A DNA stretch of 64,000 nucleotides from Octopus sinensis (taxonomy: Eukaryota), in assembly GCF_006345805.1 (NCBI RefSeq), contig NC_043015.1, forward strand, positions 18,290,001-18,354,000. The letters run 5' to 3'. Position 1 is the first letter of the stretch. Every line of letters begins with the position of its first letter. Below the pieces are notes generated by a model that did no database searches, was not told where the DNA came from, and saw nothing but the letters and a program-made list of their open reading frames with translations. The position numbers and the translations under genes are program-made. This document shows, one piece after another, positions 22,600-36,645 of the stretch.

Positions 22600-24620
22600 A
22601 GTTGCATCCTCGTTACACAAGAAAAGCCATTGCCAAGAAGACTTACTGAAATGATTCATGATTGTTGCCATGTGATGCCCTTATATGACTTTTAAGCCCA
22701 GCCAAGCTTTTACACATATTATTACATACTGGACAACTGTTCTGGCTGGCAGGAAAAACAGGTGCCACCATATGCACTTTCTTAGCATGTTTTTTTAGAC
22801 CTCCAATGGAGAAGCACACCCTTCCACATTTTACACATGTTCTGTTATGAATTTTAATTGCTACATCATAGTTTATCATGGGTCGATTTCTATGAAAATT
22901 TTGATGGCTCGTCAGGCCTGCATGACTCAAACACCTCTGCCCACAAACCACACATAAAAGCAGCACTCTCTCACTTTCCACAGGTTCCCCCCTTCTAAGC
23001 CCCTTCCTAATTCTCTCATACTTCACTCTCTCCTTCTTGAACAACCATCATGCACTATCTTCCTCCATCCATCACGGTCTTGTGCCTCCCTCTCCCAATT
23101 ACCAGCTGCAATTCCTGTCTTTATTGGAGTATTCTTAAGGCAATCCTTAAAACTTAGTTTAGGCTTATGCGCTGGTCTCCTGCCATCTTCCAGTTCACCA
23201 TACAATAGCTGCTTGGGCAGTTGCCCATCACTCATCCTTAGCAAATGTCCCCACCCCACCACCTCAAACGTCTTTGCAAAATCATTGACTTTGTACTTCT
23301 ACTGCCACTCCTCTCAAGCACCTCCACATTACTAATGGCCATTTTCCAGCTTATCCCCCAAATTTTTCTCAGACAGTATTGATGAAATCATTCCAATTGC
23401 CTTACCTGCCTACAGTAAACAACCCATGCCTCACTTCCATATAGCAAAGATAGGAGGATGCATGTGTTATATACCTTAACTTAAATTCGTAAAGATATAT
23501 TGTTTCCACAGATGCCTATCAAGCTTACCAAAAGCATTGCTAGCCCTACTGATTCTATATGAAATTTCATCATCAAGACCAGCAGTGCTCAAGGTACTTC
23601 CTGAATAAATAAATCTAGATACAGTCTCCAACTTTTGACCATTCAGTTATAAAAGGTTCCACATACATCTTGGAGGGAGTGAGATGGTACATTATAACAG
23701 GCATCCTAGCTTTTTTAGGATCTCCCAAAGTGCAATTCTATTGATAGAATCAAACGTTTTTGTTAGGTCAATGAAAACTTGGTATAAGTCCATATCATGT
23801 TCGATGCACTTCTCTTGCAGCTGTCTAGCCGAAAATATCAAATCCATAGTACTCCTACTATCCCTAAACCTTAGGCGTGACAACAAGATTCACCTTGGCA
23901 TGCAAAAAACTATGATCAGTTCAGCACTCTGCACACAATAGCAAAGTCCTTAGTATCTTGTTTCCTAACGAGGATGTAATCTATAAGATGCTATTTCTTA
24001 GAACCAGGGTACATCCAAGTCATTTTATACTTATTCTTTATTCGAAACATTGTATTCATGACACATAAATCAATTTCCCAATCTGCACCAACGCGAGCAT
24101 TAAAATCACCTAAAATGACAACTTTGTCATCATGGGGGATATTGCGCATAATCTCTGTAAGTGATTGATAGAAGGCAAGTTTATCATTCTCTGATGAATT
24201 CATAGTTTGAGCATATGCACTTATGAGTGTTGCATAGCGACCTTTTCTTAATGGCAGCCTTACAGACATTAAATGATCTGAATGACCACATAGTAGTTCC
24301 TCAAATTTTGAAGCCAGAGTGGTTTTGATAGCAAATCCCACTCCTGATTCTCTCTTGTTGATCCTCTCTACCACTCCAAAAGATATGATACCCAGCAGAT
24401 TTCTCTATGAAATTCCCCTTTTCATCAATTCTTCTTTCAGCTAACGCTACAACATCCATATCATATCGCTGTAACTCTTTTGCAACATGCATGGATCTTC
24501 TCTCTGGACAAGAGTTCAGACAATCATTGTCTAATAATATTCAAACATTCCAACATCCTACATTCATAGGCTTGCATCTTAACTTGAATTTACTCACAGT
24601 TTCAGGATGACGACCTGGTC
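22600..24620 (-). mobile_element. Internally deleted RTE/BovB-like LINE (APE, RT remnants, three C-terminal C2H2 fingers)
   Basis: APE SGVGFAIK, LISAYAQT, ILGDFNARVG; RT RSTMDLIFSARQLQEKC, FIDLTKTFDSI; WGHLLRMSDGQLPKQLLYGEL; CxxC..H..H fingers in 22643-23044. Confidence 0.88.
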
Positions 24621-25449
24621 ATATATATATACATATATATGACAATAAATGAATCATATGTGTTATTTTATTTATCAATATAGTATTGATAAATACTATA
24701 TTTATCTTGTAATATATCATTGAATGGTGTGAAGGTGGATCTATAGACCACAGCTTTCATGAGATAGGATCTTTCCTGTAGACAGGATTTTGGAAGTTGC
24801 ATGGGAGTGTGGGATGGAGATTGTATAGATGTGTATTTCTTTCCATTATAGTGTGCAATGCTTGAAACAAAATTGTCTAAAAATGAATAACTGATCATAA
24901 CATTATGGGAATTAAAAAGTTTACATTATTTATGGGATCTCAGGAAATGTTGCCTACACTCAGAAAGCTCCTGGCTTAATTGGTAGAAACATCAAATTGA
25001 ATTGAAGATTATAGCAGATGACCTTTTGTTTTCTAACACTTCTATGGTTTGGAGAAGCATGTGAAGGATCCTCCATGTATACTAACTTGTCAGTAAAACC
25101 ACTCTTGCTAGCACCTAGTTATAACGGGGTGATGCCCTGTTAAAGATCTTTATCTGATGATATGATAAAACTTCTTCTGCTGCTACCTGTAACCAAGTTT
25201 ATGATTGCAACTGGAGCTTAGTTGGAATGCTTATGACTGTAGACCATTTCCTCAGCCTTTTTGTAGGGGTAGTATTTGTCTTGATTGAAGTCTTGAACAA
25301 CATCCAGGAACTTGATAGTTATAGATGCTAATGAGGTTCTTCCCATATTAATGTATATTATGGCCACTCATATGACTTTAGATGGTTAGGTCATCATCCT
25401 TGAAAAGAACCTAAACTATGGTGGTATGTATATTTTCTTAGGGTACCAT

Positions 25450-26970
25450 GGAGGGTGTTATGTCTTTTCGTCTGGTGTTACTTCGTCCATGTCTTTTTGT
25501 CCGATGATTTTTTTGTCCCACGACTTTTTGTCCAATTTTAAATAAACACTTTAGAAAACAAGGTGAAATGTCTCTAATGATATATTCACAGAACTATAAC
25601 AAGCTTCGTTATAGGATTGTTATTATCATTCTTTCTTCTTTGTTGTTAACAGGTTTACTTCTTTTTCTTTCTCTCTCTTAAGTATGGTGCTGTGAGTAGA
25701 GAGTGCTGCAAATTTAGTGACCACATTTTTAATTTACCCATCCCAAAATGACAAAGTTCATAGTATTGACCAAAAACAAAAGAAAAGTAGCTGATGAAAG
25801 TAACTACATCTATGATTTTCATTCAAGCAATACAAAACTAGGAAAATACTAGAGATGTGAAAAAAGAAGGCTAAGTTCTGTACGAATTCACACTGTAACG
25901 GAAAACAATAAGCTAAAAATTATATATTTTTCTAGTGAGCACCTTCATCCAGCTGGTGTAGATTCTTTAAATGCTAGAAAAGCAGTTGCAGAAATAAAGC
26001 ATGAAATGGTGGAAGACATAGCAGCAACTTCGCATAGCATAATAGTGGCTAAGTTTATGCAGCTAACAGAAAATACTTGCTCACAACTTCCTCGATTGCC
26101 TGTTCTTTCAAAGACTATTCAAAAGTGCCAACAAAAAAGTTTTGGATTTCCCGTTAATCCAGGGGGCTAGAACTGGTTTTGAAATACCTGAAGAATACTG
26201 TAAACTTGACAATGGTGAACAGTTTCTGAAATACGATTCGGGTATCGAGGTTGAACAGTGTATTTGTATCAGAAAGTGCTCTTCAGAATATAGCATCATA
26301 TCATCATAGGGCATGTGATGGAACATTCAAAATCGTGCCAGAACAGTGGTTTCAACTGTTTAGCATTCATGTACAAGTTAAAGGTAGCAGTTTTCCATGA
26401 GTCTTTGCATTACTGCCGAATAAAACAAAGCAGATACATGAATTATTTTTCGAGCAATTGAAACCTAATGCAACCTAATGCATATCTGCTTGATCTCATG
26501 ACAAATTTCAAAGTTGCAGTTCATAAAGCATGTAATTCATCATTCTCTAATTCATCTATCATGGCATGTTTATTTCATTTGAACCAATCAGTATTTAAAA
26601 AAATTACAGTTTTAGGCCTCAAAGAAAAATACAATAAAGACTCTGAATTCTGTCTTAAAATTTGATGTTTTTCAGCATTAGCCTTCTTACCTGTTTGCAT
26701 CAATTTTAAGTGATCATAATAAATTATTGGTTATATCTTATTACTTTTGAAAAATTACTTGTTTTAAATACATTTTTTCACATTATTGTACTTGAATCCA
26801 ATCAATAAAATTCTCAATGATTATTTGATTTTCATGTTCACCTTGTTTTCTAAAGATTTTATTAAAATTGGACAAAAAGTCATTGGTCAAAAAAACATCA
26901 AACATCAGATGAAAAGACGTGGATGAAGTGACAGACAAAGTAACATCGGACAAAAAATTGGGTCACAATC
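25450..26970 (+). mobile_element. Degenerate MULE/Mutator-like DNA transposon
   Basis: Long imperfect TIRs (GACTTTTTGTCCAATTTT..CTTTAGAAAACAAGGTGAA near 25520 and its reverse complement near 26840-26885); transposase remnants DGTFKIVPEQWFQLFSIH, FALLPNKTK and ACLFHLNQS. Confidence 0.8.
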
Positions 26971-27259
26971 AAGGAAGAAGAGCCAAACAAAGTCAGTGAC
27001 CTTAAAGTTATAGTTTCCCATAGATACATCAAAAAGAGAATTACCCTCCTTTTTTTTATCCAGTTAGAATCATCATGAAACAGAAGTGATTTCTAGGGAG
27101 TCCATGATAATTCTGGGGTCAAGGAAACTGATTAATTCAACTGTTGTCACTAAGACATCACAACATGACTTTGTCTCCATATGTGCAAGGAACTGATTGT
27201 GCTTTTTCCACATCTATGAAACTTCAAGTAACATGAAGAATAAGTCATCTTGTTCATTC

Positions 27260-27284
27260 ACACGCACGCACGCACGCGCGCACG

Positions 27285-27316
<32 letters not shown>

Positions 27317-27328
27317 CACACACGCACG

Positions 27329-27364
<36 letters not shown>

Positions 27365-27372
27365 CACATATA
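27260..27372. repeat. (CA)n/(CG)n microsatellite
   Basis: Read directly from the sequence. Confidence 0.95.
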
Positions 27373-27419
27373 TATCATAGTTTCTTAAATGTGTTTTGTA
27401 ATGGGTAGATGAGTCTTCT

Positions 27420-28900
27420 ATAGTACTACATATCACCAATCAGTATAGTTCTTTGAGATGTAACATCTTCAGGTCAGCTGTCATCACTTCATTGCAAGTC
27501 TTCCTCAATCTCCCTCATCCACAGGTTCCATCATCTTAGAATACTTGACACTTTTGTATGCTGCAGTCATCTTCCATACATATCACATGCCTGTACCAGT
27601 GCAGATTCCTCTCATGCTTAGTACACTTGATTCCTCTTATTTCATTTATACTCTAGTGTTCATGCACACAAACATTATACATCCATCAAAACACATTAGT
27701 TTCATTTCTTTCTAGTCTTCACAAAACTTTTGCATTTAAGGCCCATATTTCACTACCATATGTCACCACAGTTATAACATAAGTTTCATACAATCTGCAC
27801 ATTACTCTAAGGAGAAGAAAAGATCTTTGTTGCCAGTAGCAGCAGTAGCTTCCTGAGTTTCTTTCAATCTGTTCTTACTCTGGCTACTATACTTTCAGAA
27901 CAACTTCCCCTGCTAATTATGTCTCCTAAGTAACAGAAGTTATTGACTAGTGCTAGTGAGCCAAATGGGAATTTAATAAAATCTTTTTCTAGCATGCTCA
28001 TAGTCTGAATGGCTCCAGTGCATCTGTCACATGTGGAGCTTATTTTCTCTGTCAGTCTGCCTATAATTCCACTACACCTCTGGGTGTGTCTACAGCTTAT
28101 GCTGGGTACAATCTATGGAGCTTATACCTTCTTTTCTGCATACTGACCAAGGCCATATCTCTGAAGTTACCAGTGTCCTGTCTTCTTTATTGCTTACTAA
28201 AACCTTAATTAAATAAACCTTTATTAAATTCATCTTGAAGCCTCTCAATTCAAGGTTTAGCTTCCATGCCAAGAATCGCTTTAATTTTCCAATAGACTTT
28301 GCAATAATCATCAGGATATAGAAGTTCCCAAGGACAACCAGTCTTAAAGTCCTCTGTGATGAACTGTAGGACTATGATGAATAGAAAAGGGCTGAACCTT
28401 GAACCCTTACTGCCATACTGAAATCATTTTGATTTTCACTTACTACATCTTTGTACACAGCTTATACATTCCTAACAAGTCATTTGTCTACACCTAGTTT
28501 CCTTAGTGACCATTGAATGAGTGAATGTGGTACCTTTCTCTGAGCTAATAAATGTAAGGAACAGTGGTTTACTCTTTGCCTCACAAGGAAGATTGCAGTT
28601 TACAATTACACTATTATACCAATCATTGGTATGACATCTTCTTGTATTATTTGATTAACTAACCAGGTGATCATCACCAGATATTTTGAGCATCTTAATG
28701 ACTATCTCCGACGGTCAAGCTGCTTTCCCACCTTTCATGTCATCTCTCATACCACAGTCAATTTGAATTGCTGGTCCCTTAGTAGGGTCAGCATAAGATA
28801 GCTTCTCCTTGTCCCCAAACATTCTCCATTTTTAACAGTCTATCATAATAGCACTTCCAAGCTACTTTCTTGTCTTCTGCAGTAATGCCTTCATCATTTA
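27420..28900 (-). mobile_element. Highly decayed RTE LINE fragment
   Basis: LELRGFKMNL..KVLVSNKEDRTLVTSEIWPWSVCRK matches the RTE at 18150-19340; many stops. Confidence 0.7.
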
Positions 28901-29029
28901 AAATATACTTCTCATCAATTTTACATTCATAAGATTAAAATTACGAGTATTTTGTGTAAATTTAAATCAACAAAGGAAAGAGCATCACAAAATCTAGCAA
29001 CTCTTACAGATGGAATTAGCTTGTGTTGA

Positions 29030-29275
29030 CAGAGACCTTTGGCATTATATCATGCTTGAGAAGAAGACCCATCAAGCCAAGCAAAATTGCAGTCGTGGAA
29101 GATGCCAGTGTCATGCAAATAGCATGTAAAAGCACCCATTACACTCTTGGCATTAGGAAAGGCATCCAGCCATAGAAAACCATGCCAAATGAGACTGGAG
29201 TCTGGTGCAGCCTCCCAGCTCTGGTCAAACCATCCAACCCATGCCAGCATGGACAATGGATGTTAAATGATGATA
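29030..29275 (+). mobile_element. RTE 3'-UTR fragment
   Basis: GGCATTAGGAAAGGCATCCAGC...CCAACCCATGCCAGCATGGACAATGGATGTTAAATGATGAT. Confidence 0.8.
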
Positions 29276-29343
29276 AATCGAAATGAAATCTGAGAAAAGC
29301 AAGTTATGAGGGAAATTAGGAAGATTAAACATTTCATACTTAC

Positions 29344-29441
29344 GCATGCATTCAGTCCAGGAAGGTTGAATATGGATGATACCTAATATAGCAATGACTG
29401 TGAAATAGATGCCCAACAGTGCAAGAAGTGGAACAAGGCAT
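29344..29441 (-). CDS. Exon of 7TM gene, TM4 ((R)CLVPLLALLGIYFTVIAILGIIHIQPSWTECM)
   Basis: Acceptor atattttgcag and donor gtaagt; 98 nt, phase 2/1; hydrophobic helix. Confidence 0.9.
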
Positions 29442-29528
29442 CTGCAAAATATTATCAATGATAACCCATATCAGTAATAAATATTAAAACTAAAAGTAAT
29501 TTATTTTAATAAAAACTTTTATACTACA

Positions 29529-29566
29529 GGTGTAGGAGTGGCTGTGTGGTAAGTAGCTTGCTTACC
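29529..29566 (+). mobile_element. 5' fragment of a tRNA-derived SINE head
   Basis: GGTGTAGGAGTGGCTGTGTGGTAAGTAGCTTGCTTACC with an A-box-like TGGCTGTGTGG; ends where the Tx1 element begins. Confidence 0.55.
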
Positions 29567-32500
29567 TTTTGGAGAGTGCTTCCGGTTACTGTTGCTGCCA
29601 TTTTGTTCTTACTTTGGAGCAAGTAAGATGTACCTTATTATTGTTAATTAACTTTTGTGTTCGTTGGAGAACCTTTTTTGTGGATTTATGTGTTTTTTAG
29701 ATTTTTTATGCTTCCCTATCAGGAAGGTGAAGTGAAAAGCCTTTTTAACTTTAATCATGCAATTGAGACTTTCTTCAAGTCATTGTAGGCTTTTTCTTGT
29801 GCCATGACCACCACCCCCAAGGAGGCGGGGGAGATTTGTTGTTATTGTGAATTAACTGTTTGTGTTCGTAGATTTACATGTGCCTTTGATTTGTTTTACT
29901 CTTCTCTATCAGGAAGGTAAGGCGAAAAACGTTTTTGTGCAATTGTAACTCTTTCAAGCTGCTGTAGGCTTTTTTCTTGTGCCACACCCCCTAAAGTAGG
30001 GGCAAGATCTGAACTAATTTTTGGTGAACATTTTATAAACTTGCTTTTTTGTGTGTCTATGATTTCGACCAAGCATGCTGGTCGAAATTTTAAAGGAAAA
30101 AAATTCCAAAAGAAAACACTCTCTATGAGAGTAATGTTAATAGTAAAAAGTTTTCTAACATTGCTGCTGTGGAAACGAAGACCATTGTTTTGAACAATGA
30201 AGATTTGGAGGAATATTTTTCTAGGATGAAGGAGGAAGATGGGGATATCAAGATAATGCCTGTATTCAATGTTGAAGAAATAGAGAAAAGAACTGTGGAC
30301 TTCAGATACTTCTGTACAGAAGGAAGACATTTCAAACATCTTAAGGAAAATGTTATTGAGAAATGCCTCACCCCTGTGCGGAATAATATTACACATATCG
30401 TAAGGAGTGAGGTTTTTGCAACCATTGAAGTCTGTTACAAGACGGAGAAGTTGGCTCACAAGTACTCGGTTAGCCCCTTGAAAACAAAGGAGGTGGCACT
30501 TCGGCCCTCTTACAGAGGAAGACGTACTTCCCATGTGAGGGTGACAGAGGTGCCACTGGAATTAGACCCTTGGGAGGTGATGGCTGCCTTGTTATACAAC
30601 AGGACAAAATACAATTCCTTCAGATTTCATGCTCTGCCTCCCAATATCGGACAGGACAGAGCATTTCAGCCATCATCCAAGGGGCACCAGAAGACATTGA
30701 AAACCTCCCGGACCAGGTACGCGTGGGTGAAAATGTTACCCTCTGAGTTCAAGTAGAGAGTAAAGAGGTTACTTGCTTTGAATGTAGAAATGAAGGCCAC
30801 ATTTGAAGCGATTGTGAAGTAAAAAGAAGAGGACAAGAAGAAAAAGAGAATAAAATGGTAAAAACACCAGTCCTTACAACTATTCAAAACATTCCCAAAC
30901 CCACACACACACCAGGCCCTACAAAAACAAATGTTCTCACTCCCCTGTGGTGGTGCCACCCCCAAACAAAGTAACAAAAAGACCCAACCCCAACATACAC
31001 AAGCCCCAACATTAATAAGACCCCTCGACCCTTGATTTCAGTGGCACCATGTGTTTCAAACATAACATCCCCAGATAACACTATGGAGGTGTCTGAAGGG
31101 GAATTCGTGCCAATTCGCAAACGTTTACATGCACCTTCTCCACCCACATCCCCCACAGGGAAAAAAGACAACCATACACCACAGATAACAAAAAAAAAAC
31201 CCGCTTCACCGTCCCAGAAAAATAACACAAAAGAACAATGAAGAGATAATTTTAACTGAATATGACACTAAAGATGATTATTTGGAAAGACAAATTCCAC
31301 AACACCATACGGTGAAACTTTTGCATCCAAATAACGACACACATATGAGATGTACCTGGATGGGGGTAACCCTATACAGGCAGATGAAGGATAGGTGTCC
31401 GAGAGGCATCAGGAGGCTCATAGACCCACCTGAATGCCTGGAGGACAGAAAGGAGGGGGCCAACTCACATTTGGCGAGGTCGGCCCCAGCATCTCTAAGT
31501 AAGGGTAAGTAGAGCCTTTGTTTTTTTCCCCCAGGTTTATGGCTTCACTTAACTTGGGGTGTTTAAATGTACGTGGTCTGAGCTCGAAGTGGAAGCAAGC
31601 TTGCCTCCTTGACGACCTCAGATCACATGATATACATGTGATGGTTGCTACAGAGACCAAGCTGGACAGTCTACAACCCTTCTCGCTCCTTCTGAATGGC
31701 TATGAGAAAATCATGTCTCCTACCCAGACCGGAGGTCGAGGGGGTGTAGTAGTACTTGTCCGAAAAGGCTTGACTCTGCAGACAAGTACAGTATGTGAAC
31801 CCTAAAGGTGAGCTGGTTGTCCTCGATATGACGTACACTGGTAGAGCCTTCAGGTTGATTGGAATCTATGCATCCTGTGCTAGGGGATTACAAACTTATT
31901 TTTATCAGTGCCTGGAGAACTTTCTCATAATGTCGAAAACATTAGTGGTGTTGGGCGACTATAACGCTATCGTTGACATACACATCGATAGTGTTGGCTT
32001 GGTTGATGGGAAAACGAACTCACGTCTCCTAGATCTGCTTAAGCGATTTCAGCTAGCAGATCATTACAGGCTTGACCATCCAAACATCCCAGAGTGGACC
32101 TGGATGAAAGGCGATGAAAGGTTCAAGTCTTACTTAGATAAGATAGTGATAAGAGCTAGAGATAAGGCTAGCTTTAGTTGTCCACAGCTTGTTCAGGTAT
32201 CCTAACACTGACCATAGAATAGTTAAATGTAGGCTGAACATAGATAGTGCAGTTAAGAGAGGATCTGGTTACTGGAAGCTGAACAAGTTTATTTTGACAT
32301 GCGAGGCATACCGTATCCAGATCAAGGAACTAGTACAGAAGGTATTAACCAGCTCCATGGTTAGTAACCGGTGGTGGTTCGCTCTCAAAAGAGCCATTCG
32401 TTTCAATTCTGTTAGGGTTAGCCATCAGCTAAGACTAGACAAGGCTAGAATAGAAGGGAAACTAGTTAAGGACTTAGAGGAGGTGTTAAGGTTGGGCCAT

Positions 32501-33460
32501 GCATCCCACATTTTGGCAGCGAGAATGGCCTTGGACCATCACCTCAAAGCCAAACATGAGGGATGTAGAGTCCGGGCTAAAGTGCAAGCATTGGGCCATG
32601 AGAGAATTAATGTTGACAGATAGGCCCATACAATAGAAACCCTGCGTGGCAATGATGCCACAATTAGGTCTCTGACTGGCAATAGTGGGAATTCGGTTGA
32701 AGGAAGGGACAAGACGTGTGAGGCGCTATACAAGCTCTTTACCGAGTTGTTTGGGAGGAGCAGGAAGCTGGATCATGGTGAGGCCCTTAGGGACTTTCTG
32801 TCTGGAAGCCCGCGTCTCTTGGCGTGAAAGGCTGAGTGCTGTAAAGGGCCAATCAAAGCCGAGGAGGTGATCGAGATGCTAGGTGAATGCTTCGGGGAGA
32901 AGCCACCAGGTCTCGATGGTCTGCCCTATGAATTCTATAAGAGTATGCTAGACTTGTTCAGGCACCTGCTAGCCAGCGTTTACGCCAATTGGCAGCAGAA
33001 TGGGAGAATTCCCAAATCTGCAAGCCAAGGTGACATTGATCAGAAAGGACCCAAGCGAGGGGGATGAGATTAGTAACTTCTGGCCCATAACTCTGTTAAA
33101 CACAGAGTTAAAGATTTTGGCCAAGGTGTTAGCAAAAAGGTTGGTGTGGTTCTTGGACAGACTTGTAGGGACAGCAGAAACTTGCGCCATCCCGGGCAGG
33201 TCGATCCACGACAATCTCCATCTTCTACACTACACCTTAGAGAGGGTAGGGAATCTTTCTGGCGCAGGAGGGACACTGGTACATTTAGACCAGTCTAAAG
33301 TGTTTGATATGGTCGACCATCGGTACTTGGCAGCAGTCCTCGAGAATTTTGGCCTGGGCCTGACCTTCCGTGGTTGGATTGCTGCTTTGTACAGCAACAT
33401 CAAGTCTGCAGTCAAAGTGAATGGATTCTTCTCAAAACTATTCAGGATCGAACACTCAGT
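29567..33460 (+). mobile_element. Tx1/L1-clade LINE, 3'-truncated and frameshifted (5' UTR, ORF1, APE, RT N-terminus)
   Basis: ORF1 remnant 30169-31241; APE CLNVRGL, ATETKL, WTW, SYLDKI, TDHRIV, GSGYWKLN; RT KPPGLDGLPYEFY, WPITLLNTELKILAKVLAKRL, LDQSKVFDMVDH. Confidence 0.88.
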
Positions 33461-34138
33461 GAATAATGAACTGCCTAAAGATAAGAGCTGAACTATTTCT
33501 TATGAATAAGAACATAGTTGACAGTTACAACAGGAATAATCTCTTAGAAGGTCGAAGGATAAAAATTATTTTATTAAATGCTGTTCTAGAGACATATGGA
33601 CTCCACAATAAGAAACATTTCCAAGGCTAAGCTGTCCTACAAAGTGCAAAAATTAAATTTCATTATTCATTATCACTGCCTACCACCAATCAATGTTACA
33701 AATGATTGGATGGATATTACCAAATATAATAGCATTTATCTTAAATCAATATTACCAAATGTAGTAATATCATTTGCCAGTGGTTTTAACCCTTGAAATT
33801 AAACATACCAGGTTCAAATTTGTGGAAGGCTGTCTGTTATATACCTATTGTTATCTAAGTACCTGGGGACATCTAGTAAAAACAATTATATTAACATAAA
33901 AAATCTTATGCATTACATCTTTAAGGAGGTGATCAAATGAAAGTTCAATTCAAGATTTACCAGAAAATATTCAAAGGACGCTGACTATAAATTTAAAAAA
34001 AAATGATGTAACTTATTTAACAGAATTCATCTTGTACTGTGCCAATGCACAGTGTAAAGTTTAGTCAAATAAGCTTCAATAGAAAATACACATTTAGATG
34101 AGAATTTACCTGATAAAGAATAAAGAAACGTGACTTAC

Positions 34139-34279
34139 CTTCTTAAAAGTGTTTCTTTCCGTAGAGCACGACTAGCTAAGGCCCAGTACCAATGGCATAG
34201 TACAAGAAACTGAACTAACTGAAGATACTGAAGCACAAAATCTAATTGTAGAAGGCGTCCCATTACCCAATGTACAGAC
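34139..34279 (-). CDS. Exon of 7TM gene, end of TM2 and TM3 ((G)SVHWVMGRLLQLDFVLQYLQLVQFLVLCHWYWALASRALRKETLLR)
   Basis: Acceptor atatttttcag and donor gtaagt; 141 nt, phase 2/2. Confidence 0.9.
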
Positions 34280-36645
34280 CTGAAAAATATAATCTTTCAA
34301 ATATACCAAGTAAAGTTAAGATTCAACATCAGATATTAAAAATAAATCAGTTTTCTGTTTGGTATCATTTTTTGTTGCAGCCTAGATAAATCATATTTCT
34401 AGTATTTAACTACATTCAGTTTCAAGTACTTCCTATATTTATATATTTAGTGTTAAATGCTACAACTTAATCCCTTTTTATTTTGCACTTATTTTCCCAA
34501 ACCAGCTATTCCATATAGGCATTTGTTAGTTCATAGCTGATGTTCTTATCTACAACTTCACATGATGCCATTACACCTGCTGGACAGCTGATCTCTATAA
34601 CAGTGCATGACCTTGGATTCTTGTCTCAAAGAACAATGTGTGTTTTCAATGGGTTATAGTTTTTAACGGATTATTCTACCAAAGTCAACTGTATTAAAAA
34701 GTTTAACATATTTTATGCTATTATTGTGCATAATAGGGGAGTTGCAATGTAAAAGCAGAAAGCAGTTTTGAATATCTACCATCACCAGCAACAATAACTT
34801 GTCACTTGACTTGCTAGAAATAGCAATCAAATATTTCTCAAACTCTGTCTTAAAAATAGAAACATTGGATAGTTTAAATGTTTATTTTATCCTGAATCTA
34901 TCTGCTTGACCATGACTGTAGTGGGGCAAAGCAGTAAAACTTCTCTTATTATTAAGCCTTTAATTTTAGGTCTTCCACTATCAATACTGGTACAAAAATA
35001 AGCATGGTAAGATAATTAAATGGATATGTACGTATGTTGTATATGCATATTCCTAACCACAACAGACATGCCAAACGCCTTTGATCCCTCCTACCAAATT
35101 ATCACAATTTCTGTACTAATTGAACTGTTCAGCCACTGCCTATACATCCCCCATCTCATGGCTCTTTTGACATATCAAATCAGGTTATCACTTCAATTTT
35201 ATGTTATCCTTGGAGGTGTTTGTACATCATTGTTAATTCATAGACAATTAAGCAAATAACTGAAATTATTTTCTTAGACATGCCTTTCAACATTCCATAC
35301 AAAAATAAAAACTCATTGTCTCAAATTCCACAAGTAGTTCACTGTAACTGTGCCTCTGCAGTACAGACAAAGAACATAGTCTTCCAGTCCTGGGAGTGTT
35401 CCTTCAATTTTCCTCAAATAATGCAACTTATTGCTAGCTTTATCATCATAAAACTTGTCAACCTCTTTCACTGGATCTACCTCAAAATTTAGAAACATTC
35501 CACAATATGTCTGATTGCCAAGGAGAGCATTCTCACTGACCTCACCAACTAGTGATCTGTTGTTCTCACTTCCAGCATCTGAAAGGTGATAGAAACAGTT
35601 GTAGACAATCAGCTCATTTATCATTTTGAATTTCTTACAATCTTCACACATCTCTTCTCTTGTCATCTTTATTATTTCTCATCTCCTAAATTTGGTACAA
35701 GATATTTTGCTCAGTCCTTTCTCTCCAGAACTGTAATTTACAGAAATTATCCCCCACCTATGTTTTTCCTGCAGACACTGAATTACAGATGTTCCAGTTC
35801 AGCATTATCTGTATCAATCTCGTGAGCCCAAGAGAGTTTACATAGGTAATCAACCCTTAAAAAAATCCAACACACACATATGTGTGTACGTGTGTGTGAA
35901 ATAGGTATATAAAATCTTTTGGTTATTTCTATATATTTAAAACAAAGAAATCTTATCCAGAGATAAATTTTGTTAAACATACTGTCAGTAGTTTCTTAAT
36001 GATTACTTGAAGTTCAAAAGCATTCCTGAATTCAACACTATAATCTAATGAACAACTTGTAAATTTTACCAGGTCCCCATTATTTACAACAGTTTGCTGT
36101 ATCCACTCTCTCTATAGTACCTGCTTCTAGTCTGTGGCTTGTGCTGTAGGTTTCTGCATGTTAAATGCTTTGTTTGTAGAAACTGTGGCAAGATATGGCA
36201 ATGAAATTGTTGGTATAATGTACACATTTAGGTTTTGATGTAGCAAAGACAACTTAAAATACATATCTGACATCAAAATAGATGACAAAGATATTCTTAA
36301 AATATTTTGTATTTCACTAAATGTTTAAGTTAATTAAAGATTTCAACTTGTGAGACAATCACTAGCTCAGATGATTTTAATTGAACTATTCCAAAATATT
36401 TTGGTAAATAGATGTGGGTGTTAAAATAATGCTACTTTTTACTTTATTAATTCTTTCATATTGCATTATTGATTTGCAAGTGAAGTGTGCATATTTTCCC
36501 ATATACACTGATATAGAAATAATTATGTAGGAGTGATTTAACGAAATAGCATGCTGGTAAGCATCAACAAAGACAGATAAAAAAAAAAAGAAAAAAGGAA
36601 CAAAGAAATAGGAGTTGTAGATACAAAATGAAACTATATACTTAC

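Noticed and set aside
29896-30534. 212-aa minus-strand ORF
   Set aside because: It is the antisense shadow of Tx1 ORF1, with no independent motifs.
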